From positions 200,942,001 to 201,006,000 of the forward strand of contig CM059426.1 of assembly GCA_030390025.1 (NCBI GenBank): DNA of 64,000 nucleotides, written 5' to 3'. This document shows, one piece after another, positions 51,356 to 64,000 of this stretch. The position numbers were made by a program, and so were the translations under genes. The notes under the pieces are model-generated. The model saw only the letters and a list, made by a program, of their open reading frames with translations, was not told where the DNA came from and did no database searches. Each line of letters opens with the position of its first letter. Position 1 is the stretch's first letter. The stretch comes from Squalus acanthias. Lineage: Eukaryota.

Positions 51356-52110
51356 CAACAACAACCTGTATTGATATAGCACCCTCAACCTAGTGAAACA
51401 TCCCAAGGCGCTTCACAGGAGCGTTATCAAACAAAATTTGACACCGAGCTACATAAGGAGATACAGTAAACTCTTTCTTATCCGGCACCTATGGGACCAG
51501 GATGGTGCCGGTTGATGAAAAATTCTGGATAACAGAGAGGTATACCTACCAAGGCAATTTTTAACACAAACAAAAATAAAAAATCAAGAAATGTACTGTA
51601 TAATTGGGTACTCACCTACAGAATGTTCCGTTAAATGTATGGTAGAATCGGCAAGATTACCGGTTATTGAGGTGTTGTTTTGTATTGAGATATATCTATT
51701 TTGCCAGTTATTAAAGTATTCCGGATGATAAAGTGCCATTTAAACAAGAGTTTACTGTACTAGGACAGATGACCAAAAGCTTGGACAAAGTATCTTAAAA
51801 GCAGGAAAGAGAGGTAGAGAGACAGAGAGGTTTAGGGAGGCAATTCCAGAGCTTGGGCCCTAGGCAGCTGAAGGCACGGCCACCAATGGTGGAGCGATTA
51901 AAATCGGGGATGCGCAAGAGGCCAGAATTGGAGGAGCGCAGTGATCTCGAAGGTTTGCAGGGCTGGAGGAGGTCAGAGTTAGGGATGGGGAAGAGGACAA
52001 GGAGAGTTTTGAAAACAAAGATGAGAATTTTTAAATTGAGGCGTTGCCGGATCGGGAGCCAATGTAGGTCAGCGAGCCGAGGGGTGATGGATGAATGGGA
52101 CTTGGATCTG
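51356..52110 (-). mobile_element. L2 LINE 3' fragment interrupted by a DNA transposon
   Basis: LADLHWLPIRQRLNLKILIFVFKTL...GGRAFSCLGPKLWNCLP; (aac) tail at about 51356. Confidence 0.8.
51464..51757. mobile_element. Non-autonomous Tc1/mariner (Tigger/pogo-like) MITE
   Basis: Terminal inverted repeats cagtaaactctt / aagagtttactg, TA on both sides, inserted in L2. Confidence 0.8.
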
Positions 52111-52460
52111 AAATCGTAAAAACTCCAATTGACCCCCGGCATACACAGCCTTTTGGGAGAAGCAAGTTCCAGATTTCCACCACCCTTTGCATGAAAAAGT
52201 GCTTCCTGATTTCACTCCTGAATGACCTAGCTCCAATTTTATTATCCCTACTTCTTCTAGATTCTCCACCAGAGGAAATTGCTTCTCTGTCAAATCCCTT
52301 TATCATTTTAAACGCTTCGATGAGATCTCCCCTCAACCTTCTAAACTCACGGGAATATCAGCCAAGTTTATGCAACCCCTCTGCAAAATTTAACCCCTTG
52401 TGCCCTGGTACCATTCTGACGACTCTTTGCTGTACCCCCTCCAAGACCAATATATCTTTC
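52111..52460 (-). mobile_element. CR1 fragment
   Basis: RGDLIEAFKMIKGFDR...FRSEIRKHFFMQRVVEIWNLL; probably the continuation of 51208-51355, split by the L2 insertion. Confidence 0.7.
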
Positions 52461-53712
52461 CTGCCCCAACTCAGTCAATGTATTTCCTTCATGGCAAAAT
52501 GCAACACAAATGCATTTCTGCCACAATCCAAATGAAATATAAATTTCAGCCACTTATGTGGTTGCTCTGGCAGCAACTGCCGGTGCCTGGGCTGCTCCTG
52601 GGAATGTGGTAGGTCACGAAGAGACCACCAGCACTCTACCCATCAACAGAGCGGCAGTGATTCAGCGCCCGTGCCAAAATAACTCTCAAGACATCCGATT
52701 CCAAAAATTCCTTCAGCTTTGGCCTCAAATCCTGTGCAATCCTGCAGGATATTGGTTTACTGCTTGCTGATCTCCTTGGATACTACAATTTCAGACTCCA
52801 TTTGCGATGGATGCCCAGATGAGCAGATGGACTGCAAGAGGGAACGCTCTTTCCCTAGGACAGTCCAGTGCTGCGTGATACTGGTGCCAGCGAGATCTGT
52901 ATCCGTCTGTTTCAATCAATTGTGGGAATTTTTTTCTGTCTCCAGTCGAGATTCAATTTTGTTCTGTAAGGATTGCGATTACATAAATTTAAATCATGGA
53001 ATAAATCTGTTAAAGATCTCTATGGTGAAAGAGAATGTTGTAAAAGCAACCTAATTAAGATTGCAATACGTATCATGGTATCACACTGTAATACCAGCCA
53101 TAAATTCAGAAAACGTACTCGCACAGCGAAATAAATAAACTGCAGACACAGCAAAACCTCTCAATCATTCTCTTTGTGTGTAGCAATATGTGTTCTAAGA
53201 ATTCTACCATTAATAATGTTCCAGATTACAATGCAGCCATGAATGATGAGGTGAATTAAAAACATGAATGTCTCAAGTTGGTTTGGGGGGTCAATGCTAC
53301 TGACGTACGAATAGGCACCAAATCAAGGTGGGACCCTGTTCGAGCTCTGTAATGCTATCACAAGATTCATTTTTCCCCTCTCTGCTTTGATTCTATGAAG
53401 TAGGGGGTCAAGCGAATTCACAATTGAGGCAGCCGTTGGTAGTAGCTAAGATCGCTGAGTGAATGATGTCAGAGATCTAATGTAATAAGAGACATCCAGA
53501 GTTGAACTCTATCTGTTCCTGTGTATATGCAGCATATATTGAGGTGCTGGTGAGTTTCAGTTCCACACTGCAGATTTGTTATGGTCTGTATAAACGCACA
53601 ACAGAAGCAAACCTAACTCATCTATTATATATTAAATTTAGTATGAGGGATGCGTGTTTCTTTGATAACTCATTGTAAGTACCTGCTACTCCTGTAAGTG
53701 TTGCGAAACAGT

Positions 53713-54250
53713 CATAGAATCTCACAGCACAGAAGGAGGCCATTCGGATCATTGTGTCTGTGCCGGCTCTTTGAAAAATCTATCCAATTATTCCCACTCC
53801 CCTGCTCTTTCCCCATAACCCTGAACATCTTTCCTTTTCAAGTTTATATCCAATTCCTTTTTGAAAGTTCTGATTGAATTGGCTTCCACCGCCCTTTCAG
53901 GTAGTGCATCCCAGATCATAACTCGCTGTGTGAAAACATTTCTCCTCATCGCCCCTCTGGTTCTTTTGCTAATTATCTTAAATCTGTGTCCTCTGGTTAC
54001 CGACCCTCCTGCCTCTGGATACAGTTTCTCCCCATCTACTCTATCAAAACCCTTCACAATTTTGAGCACCTCTATTAAATCGCCCCTTAACCTTCTCTGC
54101 TCTAAGGAGAACAATCCCAGCTTCTCTAGTCTCTCCACATAACTGAAATCCCTCTTACCATTCTGGTAAATCTCCTCTGCACCCTCTCCAAGGCCTTGAC
54201 ATCCTTCCTAAAGTGTGGTGCCCACAATTGGACAGAATACTCCAGCAGAG
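53713..54250 (-). mobile_element. CR1 3' fragment
   Basis: ERLEKLGLFSLEQRRLRGDLIEVLKIVKGFDRVDGEKLYP...TRGHRFKI. Confidence 0.85.
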
Positions 54251-55372
54251 GATTAATATAATCTGCATGGCCTCATATTAATATGTACACATTCCAAGTG
54301 TATAATTTCTGCAAAGTAGAGGGCTTGTAAAGGGACTTGTGATGAAAGCCAGCAGGGATCAGCCGACAGCCATCTTCATTAACTGGACTCACTTATGCCC
54401 ATCATTTTGACAAGTATGCAAATCATCTGTTGGTTTGCTTCTCGAAAAAGGAACCTTTTTTGAAAAGAACTGGGCCAATAAACGACTAGTTTCTATTAGG
54501 AAAGTAGATGCTTCTCCCCGCCTCTCACCATCATTCAGCATCAGTACCAAATTTCTATTAAAATGTGTTTGGATTCTACCTGTAACGCATTCATTCAACT
54601 AACCATTTTTCCCCCGCAGTGCAACAAAGATCCCTTGCAGAAATTGTGAAGACATTTGCTCTACAATTGCACATCAAATCCTGTACAGAATCAATGGTTT
54701 CCAGCTTTTATTAGAGATTACACTGCAAGGTCAAAACTGCATTCAAAAGATGCAACACCACTGCCGAGAACTCGTGGAAGCAAAATTCTCTAAGGAATTT
54801 GAAAGTGGCTAGTTTCTAGGAGCCTCCATTGTGTAGAATCTGCAATGTGCCTATTGACCTGTTCCGACCTGAATTCTGATCTAGTCCACCTGTGACAAGG
54901 ATGCCACTTTCAAACAGATTAAAGGAAGAGGGACTTATGTGAGCAGAGGTTGGCGTGCCGGTCCTTGGGCAAGTGCTGTTGCCTTTGGCAACACATTCCT
55001 CTTAGGAATCAGCTGGTGGCTCTCGCTGCTGTTGTGGATTTTCCGGCCCTTTTGATTCTTCCTGTCCTTAAGCAAAATTCGCACCAGGATATATGGAAGA
55101 AGCAAGGGATGAGACACTGAAACACGAGGCAAAGATAAACAAGAGAGCAGGAGGCAGGGAGCACATCTCCGCACTCTGGCTTTGATGCACTTTCAAAGCA
55201 TTTTGTTTGGCCCAAGGCAGAATGGGTTTTAAAACAACCAAAAACGAAAAGAAAATGTTGTTTTATTACCTCTACACGCCCAGTCTGCAGTTCAATTAAA
55301 TGCAATGGAGTCAGATAGAAGAGTAATGCTGAAAAAAATACTCAGCCCACTTACGTGGGCCATGAGACATTT

Positions 55373-55545
55373 GGGGTGGTTTTAACTTTTGCCGATTGTA
55401 TAAAATGGGCAATGTCGCATCAGCTACCCGTTATACAGCTCGCCTGATGCTCCTTTTCAAACGCAAAACCAGGAGAGGTGAATATAACGGGAGGCCGATC
55501 TGATACCGCCCGTTTTACACTTTCGCCAAAAGTTAAAATTGACCC
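55373..55545. mobile_element. Short palindromic MITE
   Basis: ttttaacttttg...caaaagttaaaa inverted ends; fold-back through most of its length; related to 12770-12905. Confidence 0.65.
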
Positions 55546-55590
55546 AGTGGAACTTCAACCTTAAGTGACATTAAACTTTCAGAAAGCCAA

Positions 55591-56082
55591 AACAACAACA
55601 ACAACTTGTATTTATATAGCGCCTTTAACGTAGTAAAACATCCCAAGGCGCTGCACAGGAGTATTATAAGACAAAAGATTTGACACCGAGCCACTTAAGG
55701 ATAAATTAGGGCGGGTGATCAAAAGCTTGGTCAAAGAGGTAGGTTTTAAGGAGCGTCTTAAAGGAGGAAAGAGAGGTGGAGAGGCGGAGAGGTTTAGGCA
55801 GGGAATTCCAGAGCTTAGGGCCTCGGCAACAGAGGCACAGCCACCAATGGTTGAGTGATTATAATCAGGGATGCTCAAGAGGGCAGAATTAGAGGAGCGC
55901 AGATATCTCGGGGGGTTGTGGGGCTGAAGGAGATTACAGAGACAGGGAGGGGCGAGGCCATGGAGGGATTTAAAAACAAGGATGAGAATTTTGAAATCAA
56001 GGCGCTGCTTAACCGGGAGCCAGTGTAGGTCAGCGAGCACAGGGGTGATGGGCGAACGGGACTTGGTGCGAATTAGGACACG
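55591..56082 (-). mobile_element. L2 LINE 3' fragment
   Basis: LADLHWLPVKQRLDFKILILVFKSLHGLAPP; nearly identical to 24457-24930. Confidence 0.88.
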
Positions 56083-56775
56083 ATCTTGTTAGGATATATT
56101 TGGTAGATTAATTTTATTTTTAAATGAACGTGTTTCTATACCACATCAAAGTGGGCACTGTTACTGGAGGAGGTTCCTCACTTGGTTGTGAAGTGATGAG
56201 ATATGGGCCCATTCCTGCCAATGTTCCTATGTGCTGAATTCCTGGCCTCCGCTGGTGAGGCACTGAGGGAAAGCCAGGTGCTTCTCTTCTGGGGAGACAG
56301 GAAAAGAACTGGAGTGCCAGTTAATTTAAGCCGCGCTCTCTTACATGTCCCAGCAACTGGCTTAAAAGGAATGTCTGGAGAAGCCCAGGGCTAGGTGACT
56401 TGGCAAACTTCTCAGCAGAGCGATGGCGTGAAGGCAGGACCAAAAGGAAGGAAGAAACCAATATTAGCAAGTTGCTGAAGCACACGATTGAGGTTACAGC
56501 GTTTCTGAAATAGCGTTTTATTCACAACCAGCGTCAAGACTAGCAGATCCATTTAAAAACTGCTTGTCAAGCTTCCCACTGAGAACTGTGAAGTTTGCTG
56601 AAAAGGTGTTGCTCGATGAGCTCACTTGAAGCCTTCCCACCACCTCGTGGGCGTCAGGTGAAAACAAGACCGTTCACCATCTGGACGGCGAAGCTTCCAG
56701 GAGATTTGAAGTTAGGGTTTGCAATGTTTCTTGCAAAAGACTGTCTCCGACACAGTGTGAGCACATTCATGGGTA

Positions 56776-56935
56776 AACAGCAACAACTGCAACTTGCATT
56801 TAGATAGCGACTTTAACGGGGTAAAATATCTCAAGGCGCTTCAAAGGAGCGGCATCAGAAAAACGCGACAACGAGCCACATAAAATGATATTAGGACAGG
56901 CGATCAAAAGCTTGGTCAAAGAGGTGGGTTTTAAG
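56776..56935 (-). mobile_element. L2 3' tail fragment
   Basis: aacttgcatttagatagcg...aaaagcttggtcaaagaggtgggttttaagg. Confidence 0.65.
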
Positions 56936-57764
56936 GTGAAGCTGTGGCATTTACAGAGTTTCCTGCTGTTTTTGCAGAAGCTCCAAAGGTTCAAGAACAT
57001 TACTTGGGAGAACGACACACCTGCTGCATTCCAATTATTGCTGCCTTCACCAGTTCCTTTCCTTCTGCTCATTATCTCTCCCCCATGTTGTACTTACTTT
57101 CCTGTCACATTAAAATAATAGCAATTACTGACAGTAGCTCCACAGCACGCCAGGCCAATACAGTACAGTGCAAAGATCTTTTTATGATTTAGTTTATTGC
57201 AGGGATTGTAGGCTATAATAGTCACTCAAACAGACCCAATTAAAGAACGTAAAGAACATTGATAACGGGGTTCTTTGATGTGTCTCAGACTGGTGTACTT
57301 TGAAATGTGAAATGTAGGGGCACGTTCAGAGATAACTGCAGAAAAAATAAAAGTAAAACTCACTGAATGATCTGCATCATGTGACATATTCCAGAACTTA
57401 CTCCAAAGTACAGCCGTACAATAACTGCAACATCAAAGAGTCGCAGCTTTCATGGGTGCCTGTCAATCATTTCATTGGACTCAGGAATACCACTTCTCTG
57501 GGATTCTGCACCCCTGCAGCTTGACTCCACTTACCTAACGGAGATTGGCACTAGGATATAACTGATAGCGTACACCATACCTTGCGGGAAACCTGCATTT
57601 CATTAAATGCTATCGCTCTAGGTTTTTAAATTGTTATTGCAGGTTGCAGGTTAAGGTGAGTATCGTGCATGGTTCTGTGTACAGGGCGCATGGTATGGTG
57701 AATGGTACGGTATGATGTGGTGTGTACCCGATACAATAGGCAGGGCACGTGGTAAGGTGTGATA

Positions 57765-58302
57765 CAGCGCACGGTACGGTACGCAGGGCGCACAGTACGG
57801 TGAGCAGGGCGCACGGTACGGTACACAGGGCGCACGGTACAATACGCAGGGCGCACAGTACAATACGCAGGGCGCACGGTACAATACGCAGGGCGCACGG
57901 TACAATACGCAGGGCGCACGGTACGGTGAGCAGGGCGCATGGTGTGGTACGCAGGGCGCACGGTATGGTACGTAGGGCGCACGGTACAATACGCAGGGCG
58001 CACGGTACGGTACGCAGGGCGCACGGTACGGTACGCAGGGCGCACGGTACAATACGCAGGGCACACGGTGAGCAGGGCGCATGGTACGGTACGCAGGGCG
58101 CACGGTACAATACGCAGGGCACACGGTGCGGTACGCAGGGCGCACGGTACAATACGCAGGGCACACGGTGCGGTACGCAGGGCGCATGGTACGGTACGCA
58201 GGGCGCACGGTACAATACGCAGGGCACGCGGTGCAGTACGCAGGGCGCACGGTACAATACGCAGGGCACACGGTGCGGTACGCAGGGCGCACGGTACAAT
58301 AC
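57765..58302 (+). repeat. 21-bp CpG-rich minisatellite, about 25 copies
   Basis: Unit cagggcgcacggtacaatacg with variants (ggtacggtacg, ggtgcggtacg). Confidence 0.95.
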
Positions 58303-58732
58303 GAGAAGAGACTGGAGATGCTGGGACTATTTCGATTGGAGCAAAGAAGGGTAAGCAGAGATTTACTCAAGGATTTTAAAATTACAAAGGGTTTTGATAA
58401 GGTTAATATGGTAAGGCTATTTTATCTGGTTGGGAATTCAGTGATGGGGAAACCATCAGTTTAAAATTGTCACTCAGAGAGCAAGGAAAGCGGTTAGAAG
58501 AAATATCTTTACACAGAAGGTTGTTGGAGCATAAAATGCTTTGCACAAGGAGTGGTTGAGGCAGAGACCATTGCAAATTTTAAGGGAAAATTGGGCAAAT
58601 ATTTGAAACAGAGGAAGGCTATGAGAAGAGAGCGGGGCAGCGGGATTAGCTTTGGATTGCTCCAGCAAAAAACTAGCACAGACACGATGGGCCAAATGGC
58701 CGCCTTCTGTGCTGTAAACTTCCATGGTTCTA
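58303..58732 (+). mobile_element. CR1 3' fragment
   Basis: YEKRLEMLGLFRLEQRRVSRDLLKDFKITKGFDKV and CR1 3' UTR. Confidence 0.75.
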
Positions 58733-59455
58733 CTGCTGTGTTCACTTGCTCCCTGAGGGCCATGTGGGTTTTGGTTGTGCCACTAGGGCTAGTTTCTTAA
58801 AGCTAATCGCTCAGCAATCTTCTTGTTAGGTTCTTTATTTTTTAAACTGATACCTGGCAAAAGGAGCAGAGTCGCTGATGAATCACCTTGATCTCTGGGT
58901 TTTTCATTACACAAAAGGGAAAAGCAAAGCCAAATAAATGTCTGTCACTCTGAGTTTAACCTGAACTTGGAACGGCGATGAAAGTTTTCTCTCGGCGCTG
59001 GTGGCAAGGGCCTCGCGTTGAGTAATTTTGGGCAGTTGCGATCCAGTTCCTCAGTAGGGGAGAGTTCAAAGCTGTCCACAATGCAGTGAAACGTTGACAC
59101 TGAATCGGCAATTCCACCGAGAGGATGGCTCATGTGTGAAATGGATAAAATCACAATGGAACACCAGAACAGCTCTTTTGAGGTTTGGGATTAAGGCACA
59201 TTGTCGGGTGCCTTGATCGACATCAGGCCATGCTTTACCTGAGTGTGCTTGGTCCTTATGCCGAGGGACAAAAATGGTAAATCACCCAGCGTTTTTCATC
59301 TTGAAGAAAAAGATAAATTTTAAAGTCTGCTCCGAACAATTAGTGACCAGTCACAACCCAATACAACGGATTCCCAGCTATCTGTGCGTGAGCAGTGATC
59401 CTTCTATATCACTGACCCAATGCAATATACAATTGCCAACTGCCTAATTATCTCA

Positions 59456-59498
59456 GCAGTTCTGACGAAAGGTCATCAACCTGAAACGTTAATCCTGC
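59456..59498 (+). ncRNA. Degenerate hammerhead ribozyme motif in Penelope-like fragment
   Basis: gcagtt-CTGACGA-a-aggt(catca)acct-GAAA-cgTT-aatcctgc; stem I imperfect. Confidence 0.4.
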
Positions 59499-59592
59499 CT
59501 TCCTCTCTCCACTGATGCTGCCTGATCTGCTAAGTGTTTCCAGCATTTTCTGCTTTGATTTCCGATTTCCAGCATCTGCAGTATTGTGCTCT
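59456..59592 (+). mobile_element. Penelope-like repeat fragment
   Basis: Homologous to 49010-49142. Confidence 0.55.
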
Positions 59593-59602
59593 TTGTCTAC
59601 AT

Positions 59603-59710
59603 GATTGGGATGGTTCTCCTTAGAGCAGAGGAAGTTAAGGGGAGATTTAATAGAGGTGTTCAAAATTATGAGGTGTTTTGACAAGAGTAGGTAGGGGAAA
59701 ACTGTTTCAT
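59603..59710 (+). mobile_element. CR1 fragment
   Basis: ttctccttagagcagaggaagttaaggggagatttaatagaggtgttcaaaattatgag. Confidence 0.6.
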
Positions 59711-61635
59711 TCATGGGTCGAACATTCACAGACTATACACTCCAACTTTGAGAACAGTTTCAGTGAATGGTCTCACAATAGTATTAGGTGAACTTTTATT
59801 TTTAAAGTTGGATTTTTGTAAGGGGGCAGGAGGAAACTGAGATAAAATCAAACAGACAGCAAACTGCTGCGGAGCGAACACTTCCAGTACTTGTTCCCAA
59901 CACTGAAGGATGGTTTGCTTTGAAGTGTGGTACACGGAGATGATCTGCAAAGGATGTCAGGAGACTTAAAAATTAATAGAAGAAAAGACAGCTAAGCCAT
60001 GGAAACACTGGGGGAAAAAGCCTTGGAAAAAAACTATTTAAAAATGAGACTTTAGATCAAAAGCAAAACCAAAAGTGTTGTCATCATATGGCTCTGTCCT
60101 TGATTGTTTTCGGGATGTAGATAAGCTGGTTCTTTACTTGTGATGTGACCTTGAACAAAGGTCTTATAACCCTTCGATCTGCATTTGCGTGTGCTGTAAA
60201 TCTATACTGGCCAATTCTTACTGAAAGCTGCGATATTTTGTTTTAAAAACTGGCTGTAGTCAGCATGTCTAATTGACTGCACGATGCACTGAATTCAAAA
60301 TGAATAATGAGGCCCCTCTCATGTCTCGTTGGGACAAGGGACCACAGTGGGAACGACGCCAGATGGGAACTCCAGCGGAGAGCGAGTTACCTTCCCTTCA
60401 TTTGGTAAAGACACTGTAAGGAAGGATTTCTTCCGATAATATATACATTTTTTCCCCCGGGAGAGGGGGAGGGAGGGAAGCAGTGGGGAAATGAAAGCTT
60501 AAAGGATAACTGACATCAGGAATTTAGTGCCTGCAAGCTGAGAATTCTGGCTGACGCTGCCACTGGACAACATGTTTGCATTGTCCTTTCGTCACTGAAG
60601 CGACAAAAAAAAAGGACCGCAGGCCGCAACCGTCTTTGCACGCGAGATTCGTCGGATGGAAGTGTCCCCGGTGTTAATGCCCAACCCGCGTCTGCTCTGA
60701 TCAGTTGCCATAAAAGCCCTCACGTCCACCGTCCTCCGAATCAGCATGTGGCGTGGTCCCTTTAATTGCACTGCAAAGTCACATCCAGTAATCATTATCA
60801 CACGAGGCATGGCAATGTGCTGATCCCCAGCTGCTTGGCTGGCAGGGGGCTGTGTAATAATTGACCAATATAGGCGAGGGTTTAAGAAATAAAAAAAAAA
60901 TGTAAGGCATGAATTAAAAATCTCCAGGGAACATGATGGAATCAGCTCGGGAGGGATGATAGACGAGACTTCTTTCACAATTTACACCGTGTCACTAAAT
61001 AGTCCTCTTAGTTAATGGTGAGCCCTGAACTGCTGCCTTCTACTTACACGCTCAGCTCAACTAAGATCAAGATGAAACTGGCTGCACTGCAAAGCAGCAA
61101 TACATCTGTCTCTCTCCCAGATGTCAACCAAGCAAAAGTCCTTCTTTTCTCATTTCCTTAATTGATTTTCTGATTTATTTTAAAATCCATCCTCCACTCC
61201 GTCTCACTTCCGCCAAGGAAATGTACCAGGGTCTGTGTCATCCTGCTCAATACGAGGATCACATTCCTTTGCAGTCAATTTGTAACCTGGAAGGATTCAT
61301 TAAACTGCCTTTGGCAAGAGATTGCAGTGAAATCGATGAGACCACTGAATCGCTATGGGGTGAGCAGCCACACGCAGAAACAATCTGCAGATGTCTGCAA
61401 TAGGTACAATTACTGTAAAGAATAAAATAGCTCAAAAAATCCTTACTGTGCTGGTTTCTACTTGGCCCAGAGCCAGCCATGCTAAAGTCAAGGGGTCAAT
61501 GCACTGCATGAAATGCAGATCTCTGAGTGGGCAATCCTGCAAAGGTCTGTTCCCCCATTTGTGACCACCAGGGATAATGTGTGTGCACACACCCCGTTCC
61601 CTCTGCATCCCTTTCTGCCCCCAAAAAACAAGTGC

Positions 61636-61845
61636 TCTGCCCAGAGAGCGCTCAGAATGTGGAACTCGCTGCCACAGGGAGTGGTTGAGGCGAACAGCAT
61701 AGATACATTTCAGGGGAAGCTAGATATGTACATGAGGGAGAAAGGAATAGAAGGATATGGTGACAGGGTGACATGAAGTAAGGTGGGAGGGGGGTTCGCG
61801 TGGAGCATAAACTCCGCCCTGTTTCTACGCTGTAAAATTCTATGT
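61636..61845 (+). mobile_element. CR1 3' fragment
   Basis: QRALRMWNSLPQGVVEANSIDTFQGKLDMYMREKGIEGYG. Confidence 0.75.
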
Positions 61846-63599
61846 AAACCCCATACAGTATCGACACATTGTGAGGATTAAGAATCTCTAATGTCCATTA
61901 TCCAAAATCTGAATCCGGTTTCTAAAGAACTATGGAAATATTCACAATCTCTGCATCTTGTTTAATATAACGCCTTTCATACACCATTCCAGTCACACAC
62001 CAGTGACCAGCATAACCCCTACTTACTTGCTAATGGCTGTCATATCCCACGGGGTTACTTATATTACTATAATGCCAATGACAAAGGCTTTCCTTGCACA
62101 ACTCGAACGACCACTGGTGATACCAGTTTTGCACAGTCTATTCCATCTGAAGGTAACACTTAAAACATTTCCTTATTTTCTCTCCTCTCCTGAAGGCACT
62201 GACTCCCCGTTGGTTCCACAAACACCAGGTGCCCTCTTGACCTTGCCCACCTGATCATTCCTCCCATGTCTGAGCCTAATTAGTGAATGGGGCAGCAGGC
62301 TATTTGACTACACGGGGCATCACAACCACGGCCGGCTCTGTCTCTTAGCCGACACGGGCGATTGATCTTGTTGCTCTGTATAACTCAGTTACTCACTGGC
62401 ATGGCCCGCTACTGGGGAGGACTACCCTTTAAATTTTTCAGTGAGTTCCTCCACCTTCCTGCACATCAGTAAACGCAAATAGGTAGAATATTTTAGTTCC
62501 ACGTAACTAAAACTGGGACAAAATTAACCATCAACAAGTGCAGCAGGAAAAAAAAATTGTGGTCACATTTAATCAATAAATCATTAGAGGATGACATTGA
62601 TATTTGCTGCTTAATGGCATCTCTTCCTGAATAACTTCCCCCGTCCACCAAAATGATTACAAATTGACCTTCTGCCGCATCATTACTGGGACGCTAAATC
62701 TGCAAGCAACTCCTCAGTCAATAACACACGGAGGGAATCATTCACCTCGCCAATATCCTTCTACCCCTTTCAAGGCAAACTTGCCCATTTCTGCCACTTC
62801 CTCTCCACATATTGTGAGTAAACACGATGTTTGTGTTGACTGAAAACCTGGAAGATAATGAGAGCAGAAGGTAGGCCCAATCCATCATTCTGTGGCAGGA
62901 TATAATCTCTCGCCCTGCTCCTGCATCTGAAGCGGGGGGTGGCGGCGGGGGGGGGGGGAGTGCACACAGCCATTGACCCATGACCTGCAGGTGTTGGCCA
63001 GCCCATTAGGTCCCATTCAAACTTACAAGGATGTAGCCTCCAGGCACAATTTGCAAGAATACATTGACAGCTGACCCCTTAGGTCAACTTGTTAAAAAAG
63101 ACTTTTAAAAATAAAATTGAAATGTTCCAAGGCGAGGCAAATTTCGTTTGCAGTCACTTTAAAGAAAAATCTATGAACCCCTGTCCAGAATTTCACGTTC
63201 TTACTTTCCTCCTAGTTTCCGACACTAAAAAAAAATAATTAATTTAGTCAAGTGGTCATTTGGATGAGAATCAAGAGGTCACACACTTAACAGGTAACCG
63301 AGACAGGTTGCATCAGAACAAATGGGTAAGAGAGCGACTGTGCCCAAAAAAGTTGATAGGAAGATATTAAAATGGCAAAATTTTTAAGTATATGTCTCTG
63401 AAAGTCAATTTGCGTAAGGATTAAGCGCACTGATTTGGGAGATTTACTGGATTATGTGCTATGGTAAAGGATCCATTAATTCCTAGCTGTGCACCATAGA
63501 TAATACCCAAAATCAAAGGGTCACAGTCAATGTTCCCTCTAACTTTTTTTTCATGCGCGGCACATTCAAATTTTGGCGCATGCGCAGCTTCTTCCATGT

Positions 63600-64000
63600 A
63601 TGTGGGTACGGTAGCATAGTGGTTATGTTACTGGACTAGTGATCCAGAGACGTGAGTTCAAATCCCACCACCGGCAGCTGGGGAATTTAAATTCACTTAA
63701 TTAAAAAAAAAATTTAAAATCTGGAATTAAAAATGAAATTAAACTGAATTAAAATCAGTAATGGTGACCATGAAACTATCGGATTGTTGTAAAAACCCAT
63801 CTGGTTCACCAATGTCCTTTAGGGAAGGAAATCTGCCGTCCTTACCCGGTCTGGTGTATATGTGACTCCAGACCCACAGCAATGTGGTTGACTCTTAACT
63901 GCCCTCTGTGGTTCAAGAAGGCAGCTCACCGCCTCCTTCTCAAGGGCAATTAGGGATGGGCAGTAAATGCCGGCCTTGCCAGCAATGCCCACATCCAATG
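63600..64000 (+). mobile_element. tRNA-derived SINE sharing its 3' tail with the 17370 LINE
   Basis: A-box-like tagcatagtgg, B-box gagttcaaatccc, body ggttcaccaatgtcctttagggaaggaaatctgcc, LINE-like tail. Confidence 0.75.

Noticed and set aside
54393-54492. Possible minus-strand 100-nt exon (ttcctaatag| ... |gtgagt)
   Set aside because: Not a multiple of three, no similarity to neuregulin domains, modest splice sites.
57626-58464. Long overlapping ORFs (up to 239 aa) on both strands
   Set aside because: Products of a stop-free 21-bp minisatellite; no spacers, so not a CRISPR array either.
22253-64000. Ig-domain, spacer or type III cysteine-rich exons, or a second EGF-common exon
   Set aside because: No matching peptide in the ORF track or in a manual scan for CVNGG-type codons; these exons probably lie beyond the window, though short exons could have been missed.

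Overview
Eukaryotic genomic DNA, most likely from a shark or other cartilaginous fish, judged from its repeat families (L2, CR1, DeuSINE, Penelope-like, Tc1/mariner and Harbinger-like MITEs). The window appears to lie inside a minus-strand neuregulin gene, best called NRG1. Five coding exons with canonical splice sites were read directly: EGF-common (22132-22252), alpha (14596-14663), beta (13722-13780, with beta3 read-through to a stop at 13693), the 24-nt linker-1 microexon (4481-4504) and the start of the transmembrane exon (1-19). The spliced beta1 product reads ...xTTSPTPWSGHARPCNKSDRHYCVNGGQCFVINGINKLSCQCPNEFTGDRCQNYVMASFYKHLGIEFMEAEELYQ... The main surprise is that the EGF-common exon is NRG2-like, while the alpha, beta, beta3 and linker exons are NRG1-like. 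Other leads are a candidate short first exon (MRFFP) in a CpG-rich patch, a sense-strand hammerhead ribozyme motif about 330 nt upstream of the EGF exon, a frameshifted but nucleotide-conserved beta3 tail, and a candidate extra juxtamembrane exon. Comparisons with human NRG1/NRG2 are from memory, not from a database search. Repeat boundaries are approximate.
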